A stretch of 64,000 bases of DNA from Lama guanicoe (taxonomy: Eukaryota): the NCBI GenBank assembly GCA_013239625.1, contig MU053304.1, positions 310,001 to 374,000 on the forward strand, given 5' to 3'. Positions 1 to 13,358 of the stretch are shown here, one piece after another (the first letter of the stretch is position 1; every line of letters starts with the position of its first letter). The position numbers were made by a program, and so were the translations under genes. Below the pieces are notes generated by a model, which was not told the DNA's origin, searched no databases, and saw only the letters and a list, made by a program, of their open reading frames with translations.

Positions 1-1599
1 GATAGTCTTAGGATATGGTAAGCTGACCGCTGAGACAATGAATTAACATAAAGTATGCTGACTTCTTTGGAAGGAATTTCATAACCACAAGATTTAAGAC
101 TACTTAAACAATAAGCAATGTAATCAAAGGCCCTAATAAAGTAAAACTAAAGGTGCTATAGTAAGAAAAATGCTATTCATCAATCAATAAACCTATAAAT
201 TAATTATGTACAAGACTGTAGTAATTAATAAAGGAAATGCTGAAAGACTCCACACTTGTGTTAGAAGCATGATATATTAAAAAGCTGTGTTAAAGCTAGA
301 CATCAGAAATACTCCACAATTCAGTCTAACCTCCCTAGTCGTCTGCTTTCCATATTCACACCCAATTCAGCAAAACACATGCCCCACTCTTTCAATCCCA
401 TACACTGCAATATATGCTTCTCCCCTCTTCAAATGCTTCCACCTCCTTAGAGCAATGTGCAAAATCTTACCTGTCCTTAAAGGCTCATTCCAAATGCTTC
501 CTGCATCTTTGGAAGTCGTTTATAACCTACACACTCCCTTATGATCTTTCAGAATTCTCTATTATGGTGGCTTCTTTACTTTTACTTCTATTTTAGTTAT
601 ACACTTATCCCTCGTACAGAAGCAGGAGTATTGGAAAGAACAGAAGTTGTGAAAAACCTAGATTTTAATCTGAATATTAACTGTCTGAACTTGACCAAAC
701 CAAACTACCTAGCTTTCTTAAGCCTGTTTCCAAATGTACAAAATAGAGAAATTATTATGTATCTTGCATTATTTCTTTAATAAATAGGGTGTATTGTGTA
801 GTGTGTGTCTGTTTATTAGAGGAAGAGATGGGCAGAGAGACAAAGAGAGAAAGAGAAAATATAGAAATATACAGGAATAATTTAAAAAGGACAGAAAAGT
901 AGTAATTAGAATTGTATCCCATGTGTTTAAAAAGTTAGAGGAGAAACTAAAAAGGTTAAGTGACACTAAAGACATAAAAAGGATCCAAGTCAGAACTCTA
1001 GATATAAAAACTATGATGCCCAAATGAAAAACATGCTGGATGGGATTAACAGCATATTAGACACTGCTGAGGGAAAAGTTAGTAAATTTGAAGATAAAGC
1101 AATTGGAATTATCCAAAATGAGAAACAGAAAGAAAAAGAAAAGAAAAAAATGAACAGAGGGCATCAGTGAGCTATCGGACTTTAAGCAACCTAATATATA
1201 TGTAATTGAAATCAGCTGGGGATGGGGACACCAAGAAAGGTGGAGAAAGAAAAATATTTGTAGAAATAACAGCTGAAATTTTTCCAAATTTGATGAAAAC
1301 TATAAAACCACACTTCAGGAAGATCAATGACACAAATCACAAGAAACATAAAGAAAACTACATGACACATCATAATCAATTTGGTTAAAACTAGTTTAAA
1401 GGGAAAAATCTTAAAAGCAGCAGAGAAAAAAAAACACATTAAGCACAAGAAACAGACATGAAGATGTCAGATTTCTTGTCTGAAGAAAGCAAGATAGAAG
1501 ACAGTGAACCAAAATCCTAATAATACTGATAGGCAAAAAAAAAGTTGGTTTAGAATTCTTTATGCAACAAATATATCTTTCAAAAACAAAGGCAAAATA

Positions 1600-1760
1600 A
1601 ACAAGGTCCAACTATATAGCAAAGGGAAATATATTCAATATCTTGTAATAGCCTATAATGAAAAAGAATATGAAAAGTAATATATATGTATAGCTGAATC
1701 ACTATGCTATACACCAGAAACTAACACAACACTGTAACTCAACTATACTTCAATTTTTTA
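1600..1760 (+). mobile_element. Younger 5'-truncated L1 3' end nested in the old L1
   Basis: Artiodactyl-type L1 3'UTR (tatattcaatatcttgtaat...acaccagaaactaacacaac...ctatacttcaat). Perfect 12-bp TSD aaaggcaaaata at 1588-1599 and 1761-1772. Confidence 0.85.
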
Positions 1761-1930
1761 AAAGGCAAAATACAAACTTTTTCAGACATGCGAAAGCAGA
1801 AATAATCATCACTAGCAAATCTACATGACAGAAACACTAAAAGAAGTCCTTAAAGCAGAAAGAAAATGAAAACAGATGCAAATCTGGATCTATACACAGG
1901 AATAAAGAGAACTAGAAAAGGTAGCTACAT

Positions 1931-2169
1931 CTGGGAGTTTGAAATTTGTAGATACTGACAGGCATATGTAGAATAGATAAACAAGATTATATTGTATAGC
2001 ACAGGGAAATATATATAAGATCTTGTGGCAGCTCACAGCAAAAAGGAATGTGACAATGAATACATGTATGTTCACGTATAACTGAAAAATTGTGCTCTAC
2101 ACTGGAAATTGGCACAACATTGTAAACTGACTATAACTCAATTTTTAAAAATGTTAAAAAAAAAAAGAA
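1931..2169 (+). mobile_element. Younger 5'-truncated L1 3' end nested in the old L1
   Basis: Same L1 3'UTR family with a poly(A) tail. 17-bp TSD agaaaaggta[g/a]ctacat at 1914-1930 and 2170-2186 (one mismatch). Confidence 0.87.
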
Positions 2170-3217
2170 AGAAAAGGTAACTACATGAGTAAAAAATCTT
2201 TATTCTTAAAATGGAAGTCTCTTTAAAAAATAATAGATCATAAATAATAACAACAACATATACTGGAATTGATCACATATGTAGAAGTAAAAAATATGAC
2301 AAGAGCACAAAGGTCAGGAAGAAAAATTAAAAGATACTGTTAAAAGGTTTTTATACATGAAGTGGTATAATATCCTTGAAAGTAAACTGTGATAAGTTTA
2401 ACATGTATATATAAACCCTAAAGTAACCACTAAAAAAATGAATAGTTATAATAAGCCAACAAAGGAAGCAAACAATTTTAGAAAAAACAAAATTAATCTG
2501 AAAGAAGTCAAACAAAGAATAGATGGGACAAAAAAATGGCAAGATGAAAGATTCAAACTTAACCATATCAATAATCACATTAAATGTAAATGGTCTAAAT
2601 ACCCCAATTAACAGACTGTCAGACTACTTAAAAAGCAACACCCAACAATATGCTGCATACAAAAACACATTTCAAATATAAGACACAAATAAGTTAAAAG
2701 TAAATGTAGAGAAAAGATATACTATGCTAATACTAACAAAGGGAAAGCTGGATTGGCTTCATTAGTATCAGACAATGCAGGTTTCAAAGCAAATTACCAT
2801 GGCTAAAGATTATTTCATAACATTAAAGGGGTTAATTCATCAAGAGCAAACAATTCTAAAAGTGTACGTACCTAATAACAGAGTTTCAAACTTCATGATG
2901 CAAAAACTAATAGAAGATTGGTCTATAAATCCACAATCATAGCCAGAGATTTCACTCTCTCTCTCAATTATTAAAGGAATCAGTAGATAGAAAATCAGTA
3001 AGGATACAGAAGACATAGCAATATTAATCAACTAGACCTAACTGACATTTATAAAACATTCCAACTAAAAACAGCACAAGACACATTCTTTCCAAGGGCA
3101 TAAAGGATATTTACCAAGATATATGTAATATTCTCGGCCATAAAATAAGTATCAATTTAAAAGATCTCAAATTAAATAAAGTATGTTCTCTGAATACAAC
3201 AGATTTAAATTAAAATT

Positions 3218-3320
3218 GAAATATATATATATGTATATGTATAACTGAACCACTTTGCTGAACACCTGAAACTAACATTGTAAATCAACTACATTTCAAT
3301 AAAAAAAATTCAAATAAAAT
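3218..3320 (+). mobile_element. Short L1 3'-terminal fragment nested in the old L1
   Basis: tatgtataactgaaccactttgctgaacacctgaaactaacattgtaaatcaactac followed by an A-rich tail. TSD unclear. Confidence 0.7.
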
Positions 3321-6300
3321 AAAATCAGTAACAAAAAGATATCTGGAAAATCTCTGAATATTAAAAAAATAAATAATGTATATCAAAGAAGAAATCAAAA
3401 GGAAATTTAAATTATTTTGAACTGAAAGAAAATGAAAAGGCAACATACCAAAATTTGTGGAATGCAGCTAAAGCAGAGTTGGAGGGACACTTATAGCACT
3501 AACTGGCTGTATTAGAAAAGAAGGGTCTCAAATCAATGACCTCAGGTTCTACCACAAGAAATTAGAAAAAGACAAACAAATGAAATACAAAGTAAGCAGA
3601 AATAACAAAAATTAGAGTGGAAATCAATGAAATACAACACAGAAAAACAATAGATAAACTCAATGAAGCCAAATGTGGTACTTTGAAAAGATAAGTAATA
3701 TCAATAAATTTCTGGTCAGCCTGATCAAGAAAAGAGAAGACTCAAATTATGACTATCAGAATGAAGTGATATCACTACAGAGTCTATAAATTTTAAAAAG
3801 ACAATAATGGAATTGTATGAGCAACACTGTATCAATAAAGTCAACAATTTAGATTAAATGAATAAATTCCTTGAAAGATACAAACTACTAATGCTCACTC
3901 AAGAAGATATAGATAACATAATAGCCTTTTATCTATTACAGAAATTGAATTTGTAGTTAATACCCTCCTATAAAGAAAACTCCAGACCAGAAGGGCTTAC
4001 TTATAAATTCTACAAAACATTAAGGAAGAAATACCAACTCTATACAAACTATTCTAGAAAATTAAAGGAAAGGGAATACTCCCCAACTCATTCAAGATTG
4101 CCAGCATTACTTCGATACATTAAAAAAAATATATATTACAAGAAAAAAAATCCCAAACCAGTAACTGTCATAATCGTAAATGGAAAAATAAAATTTCAAG
4201 AATAAACTCCATATATAAAAATAATAATACATCAGAGCCAAGTAGGGTTTATCTAGAGAATGCAAAGTTAGCACTAATATTTGAAAATCAATATAAATGG
4301 CCACATTAACAAATTAAAAATTAAAAATATATGATCATCTCAGTAGACTCAGAAAAAGCATTTGATAAAATTCAACATTCATTTCTAATTTAAAAAAATC
4401 TCTCAGCAATTAAGAATAGAAGGAAACTTCTTCACTAACAAAGAATATATACAAAAAGCCTACAGCTGTCATCATACTGAATGGTAAAAGACTGAATGCT
4501 TTCTTCCCAAGATCAGAATAAGACAAGTATGTCTACTCCCACTTTTATTTAACATTGCATTGGGAATTGTATCTAGTACAATAAGAATAAATAAAAAAAA
4601 TAAAAGATTAGAAAGGAAGAAGTAAAATTGTCTCTATTCATAGATGACATAATCTTTATGTAGAAAATCCAATAAAATGTATTTTTAAAACACTAGAATA
4701 CATAGCACAGCCAGGATGACAGAGAAGATCAATGTACAAAAATCAATCATATTTCTGGTAAACTAGCAACAGTCAAAATATAAATTTTTTAAAATCCATT
4801 GTTTCAATGGCATCAAAAATACAAAATACATAGGGATGATTATGACAAAAGATGTACAAGACATGCACAACTAAAACTACAAAGTAGTGCTGAAGGAAAG
4901 TAAAGGAAACCTAAATGTTCATGGGTTGGAAGACTCAACACTGTTAAGGTGGCAATTCTCCCCAAATTATCTATACAGTCAATACAATTCCAATCAAATT
5001 CTCAGGCAGACTTTTTGGAAAAGCTGGCAAGCTGATTCTAAAATTAATATAGAAATGAAAAAGACCTCAAAGAGCCAAAATCTGGAAAAAGACCAACAAA
5101 GCTGAAGGACTTACACTTCCTGACTTCAAGTTTTATTACAAAATCACAGTAATCAAATCAGTATAGTACTGGCATCAAGACAGACAAATAGATCAATGGA
5201 ACAGAAAAGAAAGTCCAGAAATAGAACCACAAATATATAGATTTTTGACCTAGGTATAACTTAGGTACAAGGCAATTTGGTGAAGGAATATAGTCTTTTC
5301 AACAAATAGTTCTAGAACAAATGGATTCCACATTTTTTAAAATGAGCTTTAATTCACACCTTGCACTATATATAAAAATTAACTCAAGGTAGATCATAGA
5401 CCTAAAAGTAAAACTTAAAACTAAAACTTCTAGAACATAGGAGAATACCATTGTGGTATTAACTTTGGCAAAGATTTTTTAAATAAAGAAAAGCACAACC
5501 CATCAAAAAAAATTATAAATTGGACTGTCAAAATTAAGAACTGCTCTTCAAAAGACATCATTAAGAGAATAAAAAGAGACTAGGAGAAAATATTTGTAAA
5601 TCCTATGTCTGAAAAAGGACTCACAACCAGAATACATAGAGAACTACGAAAATTCAGTGATAAGAAAACACACCCAATTAAAAATGGACAAGAGATTTGA
5701 ACAGACATTTCACATTTCAAGAAGTTATATGGATAGCAACTAAGGTCCCACAGAAACTCCTCAGATAAAACAAAAAACTTTTTGAAGGTTAAAATAAAAG
5801 GACACTCTAAAAACTGGATTCTATAAGGCTGGTCATACAACATTACAGGGACCCAAAGTCTGGGATAGATGGGGAAACTGCAAATAAAAATTTACAAACC
5901 TTCCTCACACAAGAAAATGCTTTGTTACACTTTTTTGGTACTTAAAAATATTAATCCATCTCAAAACATTTCCAGTCCAAAAATCAACTGATCCATAGGC
6001 ATTCCGAGATGAGCATGGTAAAATGTGGTGCAAATATGATTCTTTAAAAACCATTTACAAGAAAAAAAAAACTTCACAAATAAACATAAACCTCTGCCTT
6101 AAAATAAATCAGCTATCTTAGAAAGTTTAATGTGTTTTTTTTTCATTTCTGATGGCTTTTTCATTAGAATATGCAGAGGAACCAAAGTATGCGTGCCATG
6201 GGCAAATACACGTGATAAAGAGAGGGAAAAAATGAGAGATTCTCAACTCTGATTGCAAAGGTGAAAGACTTATTCAACTGCAGAAAGACTGATGTAAAAT

Positions 6301-6809
6301 TTGGTTAATATAATGAAGGATCTGAAATTAATGAAGTTCAAAATTTTATGTAGGGCCACCTTTTAGGCAAGTCCTGAGGACAATCAATTAATCAACAAAT
6401 ATTTCCCAGGCATCTAATATGCCTCAGAATATTGGAATGGGGATATGGAAATCAGTTTCTGTGCCTCAGTAGTACTTCTGGTCTAACTAAAGAATAAATC
6501 ACAAAATCACAACGTGTAAGCAGGCTGAAACAGAACAGGCACCCATCCAGTAGTTGAAAGATCAAAGCTCTAGTCCCAACTCTGCCCCAACTCATTAGAT
6601 GTCTGTCCTTGATCAAGTCACTGAAACTTCTATAGGACTCTACTTTCTCACCCAGAATAAGACAGGATGATTTCTAAGGCCTCTTCCACTCTGGATCTAT
6701 TAATCCAAGTTGAAACACAAGGGAGAGGAACTGCACCTTAAAGAACTGGTAGGATCTGAACTGACTGATGGGAGAAGGAATACTGCACAGAAGGAGTATG
6801 AAGATACAA

Positions 6810-7085
6810 ATGGACACATCTTATACGATTTTACTTATATGAGATATCTAGAGTAGGCAAAATCATGAAAACAGAAAGTAGAAAAGTGGTTGCCAGGAGT
6901 TGGGGGGAAGAAGAAATACAGAGTTGTTCAAAGGGTACAGAGTGTAGTTTCACAAGATGAAAAAGTCCTAGAGATGTTACACAACAATGTAAATACAGTT
7001 AACACCTCTGAACTGTACAGGTAAAAACGGTTACGAGGGTAAATTTTGTACTATGTGTTTTTTAAACCACAATTAAAGAAAAACA
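6810..7085 (+). mobile_element. L1M-type 3'UTR fragment
   Basis: Typical L1M 3' end: tatgagatatctagagtaggcaaaatc...gtggttgccagg...ctgaactgtaca...aaattttgtactatgtg. Confidence 0.75.
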
Positions 7086-7559
7086 GTCACAGACATTGTG
7101 CCCTAGCAGTCATTCTAATGAAAAAATATTTCAAATCAACTAACTTCTAGTGTCCAATCCTCACCCCCAAAATTCCTTTTCTCCCAATTAAAAATCAAGG
7201 AAACATGCCTTGCTAATGAGATATGGAGGTTTCCTCAACTATAAGAAAGCTGAAGGAGTGTGTTGAGAAAATGAAGAAAAAGAAGATAATGCAAACACTA
7301 AGTAATGGCAGAATACAGAGCAGGCTATTCATACACAATCTAATTGTGTCATCCTCACCCACAATCTAGCCTAACTCTCTAAGTAAAACTGTATAGAGGC
7401 TTCTTTTTACTCTAAAAATAAAGAAAAAGTTTTCAGCCTGCTTCTGTCCCACCTCTCCAAACCCCTCTCACCAGATCCTTCTACACTCTTCCTGATCCAT
7501 ACCTAGAACTGTACCTTAAGTTCCCAGTTTTCTCTATGAACCTTGTCATCTTGTCTTTG

Positions 7560-7812
7560 CCTTGCTGTTTGCTCTGACTGGAACACTCTTCCTTTTCTGT
7601 GCATCCTTGAGATCTCAGTTCAAATGTCACTTCTGTCACTTTCCCAACTCAAGTACTTGTCATGATTGCAGTTTTACATTCGTGTGATTATTTGATAACA
7701 TGTGCTGAGGACAGGGACCATGTATGCATTCATTCTTCCCCATTTCCAATGCTAAGCACAGTGCCTAGTACCAAATAAGCACTCAAATACTTATTGAATA
7801 AGTGAATAAATG
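7560..7812 (+). mobile_element. L2 3' terminal fragment (strand as read)
   Basis: gcacagtgcctagtacc...gcactcaaatacttattgaataagtgaataaatg, the L2 terminus. Confidence 0.6.
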
Positions 7813-8665
7813 GGTACCAAACCTGTAAGAAAGCAATACAACATCGTAAAATGTCACCTTAATAGTTTATGCATCTTCACAAATGAATCTTTGGAGGATA
7901 CCCAAAGCAATTGAGCCTAAAATCCCCATTCAACTCTTCAAAAAAAAAAAATGTCAATTCAGATGGCTGTATAAATATATCTGGCCTGTCTATGTCTGTA
8001 GGCAAATTCTGAGCATCAAAGGCTGATAGTTACACACACACACACCACTCATAGACAAAGCACTACTAGTTGCTGAGTAACCGTTGTTTTTGGTATTTCC
8101 TGATATAGTGACTGCTACACAGGAAGCACTCTGAAAGTATCTGTCAAATGAGCAAAGAGCAACATTTCACAAAACTCTTAAGGATATACAAAACAATGAC
8201 TAACTACTTAAACCGTAGTGTCTTAAATAAAAGTAAGATCTGCTGTAGAAGAAAAGGAAAGAATCTCTAAGTGGCAAAAAGCCCTTCTAGTAGCCTTGTT
8301 ATTTTAGATTTCAAACACAAAAAATGCTAGCTAGATTTGTACTAAAAAGTGGAAGAAATAGATACTGCAATCAAGTGACCTTAAAGCTTTATATAAAGAT
8401 TATAAAATGTCACATAGACTATTTCCCAAACCCTTAAGAGTACAAGAATTCCCTGTTCCCTTCAATGCAAATACAAATTGTATCTACACTTTAGAGATAT
8501 AATCCATAAACGTATTACTGAAAACTCCACCCCATACTGATCTCCCCTCCCTCTGATTTTGCATTTAAATAAATGTTATTTTATAGTTTTCCTAATAATT
8601 TAATTTGTGCAGTCTCTCATTTCTTATACATCCTTTCAGATGCATGTAGCACTCTTAAGTGCTTA

Positions 8666-8832
8666 GTCAGGAGGGAGTATAGCCCAACTGGTAGATCGCA
8701 TGCTTAGCATGCATTAGGTCCTGGGTTCAATCTCCAGTACCCCCATTAAATAAATAAATTAAATAAAGTAATTATCTACCTCCACCAAAAAAAAAAGTAA
8801 ATAAATAAATAAAAGATGTAAGTTAAAAATTA
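8666..8832 (+). mobile_element. tRNA-derived SINE (camelid Vic-1-like)
   Basis: Head ggagggagtatagcccaactggtaga (A box), B box gggttcaatctcc, (taaa)n tail. Perfect 15-bp TSD actcttaagtgctta at 8651-8665 and 8833-8847. Confidence 0.88.
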
Positions 8833-9853
8833 ACTCTTAAGTGCTTAATAAATACTTATTGAACTGAAATAAAATTAGTGTTTTAAATACTGGATTGAGA
8901 TATATAATCTGCATTTTAGTCCCAAATAATGTCATTCCGCAAAAACTGTTCATATGCCTTAGTTTTAGCTCCATTATCAAGGGGCTAATTATAATGTCGT
9001 TATCCAACAGGTTCAAATAAGGCTTAGAGTTTTTCTTAGTCCCACTCCTTCAAATTCAGTTAAGGGAGGTTTTTCAGTCCCTTGTGTTTTTAATATAAAT
9101 TTCAGTTTGTCAAGTTCTGGGAGGAAAAAAGCCAACTAGGATTTTAGTAGCGGTTGTGCCAAACCTGTTTTCAAATGAAAACCAGAGATGTTAACAACAC
9201 CTGCCCCTACTTTTTCAACGTAGCAAATTTCACTTGCAATTTTTCCCAAACCTACCCAGTTCCAGAGTTCTTTCTGTAGAAAACTGTAAGACGCAAAATC
9301 TAACTTACACAATTCTAAACGTACTAAAAACTGGAGACTTAACTTCCAGGTAAAGGAGCAGTTCAAAATGTCCAATTAAATGGGTCTCCCCGATCAACGA
9401 TCAAAGCAGATAAAGGATACCACTTCGAAAAGCGAAAAGCAGCAAACGTCAAGTATTACAGTAAAGCGGCTGCTATTCGACAATCCTAAGGCGCCTCATC
9501 CCTATCAGCCCAAAACACTTGTAACAGGACCCATGAGAACGCCCCACAGGTGACCCGAACCTCAGGAAGCGTCCTCTCTACAGCAACAGGCCCTGCTTAA
9601 TTCTGCTTTTCCTCCCGGGCACCATACTGGGCAGGCGGGGTAGGGCGCCAGGAGCGGACCCAGGGAGGCCAGGTGGGCCGGGAGAGGTGGGCGTGGGGTG
9701 ACCAGAGCGACGCCAGGACCGGGGAGCGAAATGAGAGGCGGAGGGCGCTCGCCTGGGGCGGCCGGCGCAGATGCCGCGCGAACCGCCACAGAGGCTCCGC
9801 AGGCCAGACCCCGGGTGGGTCCCGAGAAAGGGTCTAGGTGGGGCACGGGAGGT

Positions 9854-9888
9854 GGGGGGGGAGGGGGGGGGGGGGGGGGGGGGGGGGG
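9854..9888 (+). repeat. Poly-G tract (G8 A G26)
   Basis: Read directly from the sequence. Confidence 0.9.
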
Positions 9889-9914
9889 CGGGTGCGAGGG
9901 CGAGGACGCCTCAC

Positions 9915-10080
9915 CGTGGCTCCCGGGTGGCCGGCGCCGCCGCGGTCCCGCAGTTGCTAAGGAGAATGCTCTTCCGGGTCATGGGCGCGGCGATACAAAG
10001 AGGAACGGTGGCCGGAATGAGACAAGAGTGGAGCGCGGGACGAGCGCGCGGCGGAGGCGGTGGTCGCCAGTAGTTCCGCT
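9915..10080 (-). other. DIS3L2: Probable first (5'UTR) exon of DIS3L2; TSS approximate
   Basis: Strong minus-strand donor CCACG|GTGAGG at 9915/9914 inside the CpG island. Gene identity is inferred from mammalian synteny (DIS3L2 is transcribed divergently, tens of kb upstream of NPPC). No DIS3L2 coding exon was seen in the window. Confidence 0.65.
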
Positions 10081-10329
10081 TGGGCGGCGGGGCGGCGAAA
10101 CCGCCTGGTGGAAGGGCGACTCGACATCTCTGGCCTGGCCTCGCAGAGGCCGCTGGCTGTAGCCGGTGGCTCGAGCTGCCCGGTACCGTGCTCCTGAACC
10201 CTCTCAGCCCTGGTCCTCAGTGCTGTGCCCCAGGGCTCTCACCCCACCGGTGCCGCCAGCCCCCGGCTTCTAGCTCCGGAAGGTAGCCACGCCAGCCCTC
10301 TCCAAAGACAAGATTTTACTCATGCCATG

Positions 10330-10900
10330 AGTTACTCCATGCCCAGTTAGTGAGCACTTGCTCAGGACTAGGTGCAGGGCTGGCCCTAGGATACAGCGGT
10401 AGACAACCCAGCCGTGGTCCCTGTCCTCCTGCCGGACAAGCTGGTGAGAGGGCAAGCAGGCAGTACCGTGCTTACTGAGATGCATGAAGTGAAGGAAGTT
10501 AGGGGAGCCTGCCCCTAGGGGCCTACACAGACACAGGTGGGGAGAAGCTGATGGTGGAGACTTCCACCAAGTAAAAGGGGCAGGGAAGAGGTTTCAGGAA
10601 GAACGTAGGCTCCATTGAAAAGCCCACTAAGTTTCGTGCAGCCTGCCCAAGGAAGTGTATAGAGAATGGTTAAGGATGGAACCTAGAAAATATCAATATT
10701 GTAGGTGTGAACAAAGGAAAAGAAACCCCCAAAGAGCGGGCAGAATTCGTTTGAAAGACTGCTGAAGAGACAGCAGGAGAATTTCAGTAAGGAGGTGATC
10801 ACCAGTGTCAAATGCTTTCAGGATCCAGAGTGCAGTGGTGGCCATAGAAAAGTCAGAATTCAGGAATAGGTTGTCAAAGTTGACAGCGCTTGAATCTGTG
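10330..10900 (-). mobile_element. L2 fragment(s), highly diverged
   Basis: gagcacttgctcaggactaggtgcagggctggccctagg...gtggtccctgtcctc... resembles the reverse L2 3' end. Confidence 0.45.
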
Positions 10901-12729
10901 TAGTGAAGGAGCCCACCACCATATGCTCCTTAAACAAGAAAAAGAGATACCTTAAATTGTTCTGAATGCTTCAAAGTCTTCAAAAGCACTGTCATAGTAC
11001 TTGCATATTTCAGGATTCCTCAACTAATAACTGATCTCCTTGAAGGTGAAAAATATTTGTTGTTTAACCTTGCATCTACCCTGCCTGCCACAGACAAAAG
11101 CCTCAATCAATTTTTGGTTTAAAAAAATAATAGACCCATGAACCTCTGGTTTTTAATGTTGACAGAGGTCCCTTCCCAACCCTCAGCAAAACTGTGATGT
11201 AGGCAGAACTTGTCTGTTCAAACTGTACAGGGTGGAAGATACTCAGCAGGGGCAAGAAGCAGAGGGTTGTGGAGTTCCAGGACTTCAGTGGGTGGGAGGG
11301 GGCCCAATAGAGCCAGAGATGGGAAGATCCAGAAGAAGAAAAGGACAACAGATTGAAAACATAGAAGCTGAGCTTTCAGGATCAGAAATGGAAGATGAAG
11401 CCAAAAGTAGAAGCAGGGATAGAAGAGCAAGAACAATTTTTGTACATAAGTCCAATGGGCAGATCCCACTGAGATTGGACTGCTAGCAGAAAGTGTAGTG
11501 TCAACCAGTGTGAAGGCTAGAGGGCTAGGTGGGCATATCCCCATATCCTCTTAGTGAACTGAGCCCTAGGCTTCCTCATGTGGGCCAGCGGAAAACCACA
11601 ATACACTCTGGAGTGACTTGGGATGAGAGGCTTGCCCCACAAGCGTACCTCCAGTCCATAACTCCAGTCCATTCCCATTATAACAGGTATTACAATAAGC
11701 ACCCCCAAAAGAGAAATATTCTCTGAGAGACTAATAAATCTATTCACAGTGGATATAACTGGCCCTCTGTGGGAGTAAACCATGAAATTCGAAAAATGTG
11801 GCTGAAGAGTTTAGGAAAACCCAACGTATCAGCCAAGAAGGCATAGGAGTAACATCAGCAAGGCAGGATCAGAAAATGGTTACAATTTGGTAAAAGAAAG
11901 CTAAATCAATTGTTTTGTGAATAGAAGGGACAAAGTCAACTTGTAACCTAGAAAAAGGAAGCCTCAAATACATAAATTATAGTAAAGTCTATCTCATTCT
12001 CCTGGCAGCCTTGAATACAACATCTGTTCTAAAGGACTGTGTTCTGTTGAAGGGCCAAGATGATTCTTTAGACTCAACCTAGCTAGGGTTCTGGGAGATT
12101 GCAAGGGTGCCTCAAGAGATAGAAACTTATCATTGCTATGAAGGGCATATTTTTAGAGAACTGCAGGGAACTGCGTGTGAACTCTGTACTTCCAGGGTGG
12201 TATGGGCATGTATGTTCCAGATGATGTGCTTTGTCTGACTTTGGTCTCTGGATGATGGGTGGCCAACTAATGACGCAAAATGCTTAGAGGAATACCCCAA
12301 GACCCAAGATATGAGTGGAGGACCAGAGTTACCATGCCCTGTTCATATGTGAAGTAAGCCATATGCTGCCTCCAGAAGAATCCCATTTTGGCATTAGAAG
12401 GGACAATGCCTGTTATGAAGTCCAAGCTTCGGTTGTCCCAGAGTTTCCATGTCAACCCTGATTCCAAACCACCACCATACCCAACTTGCTCCTCTCCTGG
12501 ACTAGCATCCACTCAGTCACAAAGCCAGTCACCTGGGACTCATCCTTGACTCTGCTTTCCCTCATCACCACACTCACCCTGACAGCCCAGTGTACAAACA
12601 AGTCCTGTAGACTGTGTCATTCCCCTCCCGCAATTCCCCTGCCACGATTACAGTGAAAGAAGCAAATAATCAAGCAACTCAGGTTCAGTAAGAAGTGTTG
12701 CAACCTCAAAGATAAAACAAGGTGATAAA

Positions 12730-12759
<30 letters not shown>
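12730..12759. repeat. Compound (TG)n(GA)n microsatellite
   Basis: tgtgtgtgtgtgagagagagagagagagag. Confidence 0.9.
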
Positions 12760-12760
<1 letters not shown>

Positions 12761-13358
12761 AAACAATGTAATGAACAAACACCACAAGAACTTCAAGGAG
12801 ATAAGGTGGAATAAATTCATTCAAGAGTATGTTTTGATTGCCTTCCACTTGCTAATTTCACCTTGAGGGAAGTAAAAGATAATGAAAGGTCTATTAAATA
12901 GGTTAAAGGAAAGCTTAGGTAGAATTGACTTTGTTCCAAGAACCCAAGTGAAGGTGTGCTTGCTCGCCCAGGGGTGTGACTTTGGAAGGCCCTGGCTCAG
13001 CTGTGGGATGTATTAAAATGTCTATACCTGTGCAGGTGGCTCACTGTGGGCTGTGGATGAGCAGAAAGTGTGCCTCGTCATCACCATATCAGTTATTCTT
13101 GGCCTCCTCAACGGCAGCAACTAGACCCACCCAGACCACTGTTTCCAACCTGTAGTCTTTCATTATAGTCTGGTTTTGTTCTTGTCTCACTTTAAACTTA
13201 GTTTTTAAAAATACCTTTTTCTTTTCCTTCTATCTTCATAGTGTTATTTTTACCCTAACTTTTAAAAAATAAATCCTTCTAGAATATTTTTTGCTTCTTG
13301 GGTATTAGCCTTTACCTTCTCTCTTACCTACTAGGTCCTATTTAAAATTTCATCTTTT

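Larger units (their letters stand above)
890..5740 (+). mobile_element. Old, decayed near full-length LINE-1 (ORF1 and ORF2 remnants), antisense to the putative DIS3L2 intron
   Basis: A-rich + strand. The endonuclease N-terminal motif ISIITLNVNGLNTPI reads from 2565. RT motifs MIISVDSEKAFDKIQH (4331) and LSLFIDDII (4628; canonical LFADDMI) are present. Many stops and frameshifts. Boundaries approximate. Confidence 0.92.
9540..10290 (-). promoter_or_regulatory. CpG-island, TATA-less promoter (putative DIS3L2 promoter)
   Basis: Abrupt switch from AT-rich to dense CpG. ETS-like CCGGAAG (minus strand, 9971-9977), RFX-like GTTGCTAAGG (9953-9962), GC boxes. Confidence 0.8.

Noticed and set aside
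9698..10162. Gly-rich 154-aa and overlapping ORFs
   Set aside because: Products of a stop-poor CpG island and the poly-G tract.
11100..12480. Purine-rich block with short ORFs (possible ancient retroelement interior or pseudogene)
   Set aside because: No recognisable gag/pol or host-protein motif. It cannot be called without a homology search.
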